DNA of 63,532 bases, the filler included, from Craspedostauros australis (taxonomy: Eukaryota): assembly GCA_030167865.1 (NCBI GenBank). It is 12 parts of 12 records of this genome, joined end to end, with 100 filler letters (N's around TTAATTAATTAA, not from the genome) between each part and the next. Parts side by side here need not be neighbours in the genome. Positions count along the whole stretch, not along the records: positions 59,370 to 63,532 come from JALAGF010005195.1; 11 more parts are not named here. One strand, given 5' to 3'. The translations under genes were made by a program, and so were the position numbers. Below the pieces are notes generated by a model. The model did not search any database, was not told where the DNA came from, and saw only the letters and a program-made list of their open reading frames with translations. Shown in pieces: positions 63,150 through 63,532 of the stretch (position 1 is the first letter of the stretch; each line of letters begins with the position of its first letter).

Positions 63150-63532
63150 AAATCACACCACAACATCGGGCACACACACAAAATCAGAATTTCGGAAGGA
63201 CATTTGTGAACAATCATTTCTGAGAGCATCAGGAATGCAGTCTGTCCATCAACTGACAGAAATGCATGACATCGAGCAAGGATNGATGTATTTCATAACT
63301 AAACCTCAAATGATGATATCCTCGCCATACCACTGCATCATCGATGGAATATGGAATCTGAAGGATCATGGAAGACCACAGCTGACATCAACAGGATGTC
63401 ATCATGTCACCACATCAACATCTGTCTCCACATCAGATCAAGAAGGCAAAGATTCAATGACCAAGTGACATCAAGATCGTGGATATGCAAGGAGGAGTTC
63501 AGATGAGACATTGGCGAATACTCACAGAGTAG
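63150..63532 (+). mobile_element. LTR-like repeat family B fragment, preceded by a 10-bp tandem (GATCTGTGATT-like, 63089-63148)
   Basis: Shares ATTTCTGAGAG, AACTAAACCTCAAA, CATCATCGATGGAAT, ACAGCTGACATCAACA and CATCTGTCTCCACATCAGATCAAGAAGGCAAAGATT with 42720-43165. Confidence 0.85.

Overview
Eukaryotic nuclear DNA, very probably from a pennate diatom: it has a silicon transporter (SIT) with a C-terminal coiled coil, GT-AG introns, diatom-type Ty1/copia elements and a diatom-type 7TM receptor. The window is not one locus. It is 12 contigs joined by 11 artificial N-TTAATTAATTAA-N linkers, and many internal N gaps have duplicated flanks, so neighbourhood arguments hold only within a contig. Host genes: SIT, a secreted RxL-motif protein, a two-exon hypothetical gene, two near-identical copies of a GPCR-like locus, a PLKKR-motif hypothetical, a 28-repeat ankyrin protein and tRNA-Trp(CCA). 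Mobile DNA: an apparently intact copia gag-pol, two further copia gag(-PR) pieces, a decayed copia RT/RNase H, a piggyBac-like transposase with two LTR-like insertions, a mariner-like D38D transposase, a decayed LINE end, two dispersed LTR-like families and several tandem arrays. The most unusual observations are (i) an 86-nt non-canonical tRNA-Ser(GGA)-like cloverleaf with an 8/5 fold, long variable arm, G discriminator and upstream TATA (45550-45635, minus strand), (ii) a TATA plus tRNA-derived unit inside a solo-LTR-like insertion, and (iii) copia polyproteins with extra cargo (a transmembrane segment, an INT-RT insert, a C4 zinc-finger/helical insert). All family calls come from motif recognition by eye; no searches were run.
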